Below are positions 1-694 of a DNA stretch of 694 nt, one piece after another. A program made the position numbers and the translations under genes. Source of the stretch: a phage; the sequence record AF056265.1; one strand, written 5' to 3'. The stretch's first letter is position 1. Each line of letters opens with the position of its first letter. The notes under the pieces were generated by a model, which made no database searches, had not been told where the DNA came from, and was given only the letters and a program-made list of their open reading frames with translations.

Positions 1-132
1 GATACCCATTTTCATGCTATAAAGCTGGCAATATTCTCCATTACCAGACCTTNACCAAACAGTGAANTCCTCATCAATTTGATCTTGGATTTCTGTAATT
101 GCAAATTTAATTCTAGGATCTAAATTATTCAT
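1..132 (-). CDS. Hypothetical protein, N-terminal fragment (44 codons visible, continues beyond window start)
   Basis: Minus-strand frame is open from the ATG at 130..132 to position 1: MNNLDPRIKFAITEIQDQIDEXFTVWXRSGNGEYCQLYSMKMGI (X from N calls at 53 and 67). The ATG overlaps the last codons of the upstream gene (minus-strand GATGAATAA), and AAGGTGAAG lies immediately upstream as a possible Shine-Dalgarno with a short spacer. Caveats: the in-phase plus-strand frame 1..123 is also open; the ORF is too short to score; its Arg codons (AGA, AGG) differ from gene 1 (5 of 5 CGT). Confidence 0.35.
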   Translation of the reverse strand, partial: MNNLDPRIKFAITEIQDQIDEXFTVWXRSGNGEYCQLYSMKMGI

Positions 133-424
133 CTTCACCTTCAAAGTCGCAATCATAACGACAAGTAAAAGAACTAGAGCTATTAGTACGTTGAGTAGTT
201 ATCTCACCACGTTTGCTAACAGTAACAGCCGGAATAGAAAAATTTTTATTAGTATATATTTCTACTTTGCCATTACGTTCTTTAACATCACGCACTTTAC
301 CATATTCAGTAATGATGCCATTTTGTTGGACTTTAACATTACCGTTTTTCATAAAAACTTTGGTAGATGCTAGAAAACTGAAACTAACTGCCGAAACCAT
401 CAGTGCAATAATAAACTTATTCAT
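125..424 (-). CDS. Hypothetical small exported protein, 99 aa, with N-terminal signal peptide or signal anchor; family not recognised
   Basis: Corresponds to the 125..439 minus-strand ORF in the supplied track. That ORF begins at GTG (437..439), but an in-frame ATG at 422..424 is preceded by GAGGAAG (431..437) with a 6-nt spacer, so I place the start at 424. Stop is TAA at 125..127. Predicted product: MNKFIIALMVSAVSFSFLASTKVFMKNGNVKVQQNGIITEYGKVRDVKERNGKVEIYTNKNFSIPAVTVSKRGEITTQRTNSSSSFTCRYDCDFEGEDE. It has one Lys before a 16-residue hydrophobic stretch (FIIALMVSAVSFSFLA), then a hydrophilic Lys/Asn/Gly/Val/Thr-rich body, a Ser run, a CxxxC pair and an acidic tail. No Cys in the signal region, so not a lipoprotein. 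Third codon positions are A/T-biased, consistent with real coding in an AT-rich genome. Confidence 0.7.
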   Translation of the reverse strand: MNKFIIALMVSAVSFSFLASTKVFMKNGNVKVQQNGIITEYGKVRDVKERNGKVEIYTNKNFSIPAVTVSKRGEITTQRTNSSSSFTCRYDCDFEGEDE

Positions 425-430
425 CAGTAT

Positions 431-437
431 CTTCCTC
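431..437 (-). promoter_or_regulatory. Ribosome-binding site (Shine-Dalgarno GAGGAAG) for the 125..424 CDS
   Basis: Minus-strand GAGGAAG is complementary to the 16S 3-prime end and sits 6 nt upstream of the ATG at 422..424. Confidence 0.6.
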
Positions 438-454
438 ACTACATCACGGCATNC

Positions 455-482
455 ATCATAATCATTGAAAGAATTTCATGAA
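455..482 (-). promoter_or_regulatory. Candidate sigma70-type promoter for the 125..424 CDS (-35 TTCATG, -10 TATGAT)
   Basis: Minus-strand TATGAT at 455..460 matches TATAAT at 5 of 6 positions. TTCATG at 477..482 matches TTGACA at only 3 of 6, with a 16-nt spacer. This would give a leader of roughly 25 nt. The -35 is weak and there is an N at 453 just downstream of the -10. Confidence 0.2.
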
Positions 483-484
483 CT

Positions 485-493
485 CCCCCCCCC
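485..493. repeat. Homopolymeric tract C9 (G9 on the minus strand)
   Basis: Nine consecutive C at 485..493 in an otherwise AT-rich context, about 60 nt upstream of the gene 1 start codon and just distal to the candidate -35. Read quality degrades shortly after, so the exact length is uncertain. Confidence 0.5.
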
Positions 494-694
494 AGAACAA
501 GAATCCCCGAAGAATATTCCGNTTTCTCAATTCCTTGGCTAAAAAATATCACCTCCTCACATTATCTTCATCCCCATCTCTCNCACTTCTTATTAACAAC
601 NNCNCNTAANNAAANNANGNTCCACACCNATTNCCAAANTTTATAACCATCNAAACAATTTCCTTCAACCCNCCCCNTTTTATTTTTTCCNAAA

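Noticed and set aside
1-123. Plus-strand open frame (40 codons ending at TAA 121..123) that could be the 3-prime end of a convergent gene
   Set aside because: It is the in-phase antisense of the minus-strand ORF. It has higher GC at third positions than expected for this AT-rich sequence, whereas the minus-strand frame has a start codon, an upstream purine-rich motif and overlap coupling. It cannot be fully excluded without homology searches.
133-156. Alternative upstream ATG (154..156, minus strand) as the start of the downstream ORF
   Set aside because: No Shine-Dalgarno-like sequence precedes it, and it would nest 27 nt inside gene 1 in another frame. The ATG at 130..132 with the ATGAATAA overlap is more plausible.
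191-373. Plus-strand ORF of 60 aa from the supplied track
   Set aside because: It lies entirely antisense to the well-supported minus-strand gene, has low-complexity hydrophobic content typical of a shadow frame, and has no convincing RBS.
213-461. Plus-strand ORF of 82 aa from the supplied track
   Set aside because: It is antisense to gene 1, runs through that gene's RBS and promoter region, includes an N-derived X and ends at the window's degraded part. It is most likely a shadow ORF.
478-609. Short plus-strand ORF starting at the ATG within the TTCATGAA palindrome (possible divergent gene)
   Set aside because: About 43 codons of low-complexity sequence with no credible RBS, extending into the region with many N calls and abnormal composition. 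Not supportable.
580-694. Any feature call in the 3-prime tail of the window
   Set aside because: N calls are dense and G is nearly absent. This looks like end-of-read degradation, so frames and motifs here are unreliable.
1-694. tRNA, rRNA, CRISPR repeats, IS or transposon inverted repeats, intrinsic terminators
   Set aside because: I found no cloverleaf-compatible segment, no repeated spacer-repeat units, no terminal inverted repeats and no GC-rich hairpin followed by a T-run in the reliable part of the window. The gene 1 to gene 2 junction overlaps, so no terminator is expected there.

Overview
This 694-nt window looks like a single-pass, low-quality read: it contains N calls throughout, and base calling collapses after about position 580. 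The sequence is AT-rich. The only well-supported feature is a minus-strand gene (125..424) encoding a 99-aa protein with an N-terminal signal-peptide-like segment; I do not recognise its family. It has a strong Shine-Dalgarno (GAGGAAG, 6-nt spacer), so I read it as bacterial. Its stop overlaps, in an ATGAATAA arrangement, the ATG of a second minus-strand ORF that runs off the window start (1..132, 44 codons visible); this is a possible translationally coupled pair, but the second gene is uncertain. Upstream of gene 1 there is a weak sigma70-like promoter candidate, a short dyad, and a 9-nt C homopolymer, followed by a stretch almost devoid of G that may be a sequencing artefact. I see no rRNA, tRNA, CRISPR or mobile-element signatures. 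I cannot support a claim of a novel system from this window alone; the two-gene module and the homopolymer are the items worth checking.
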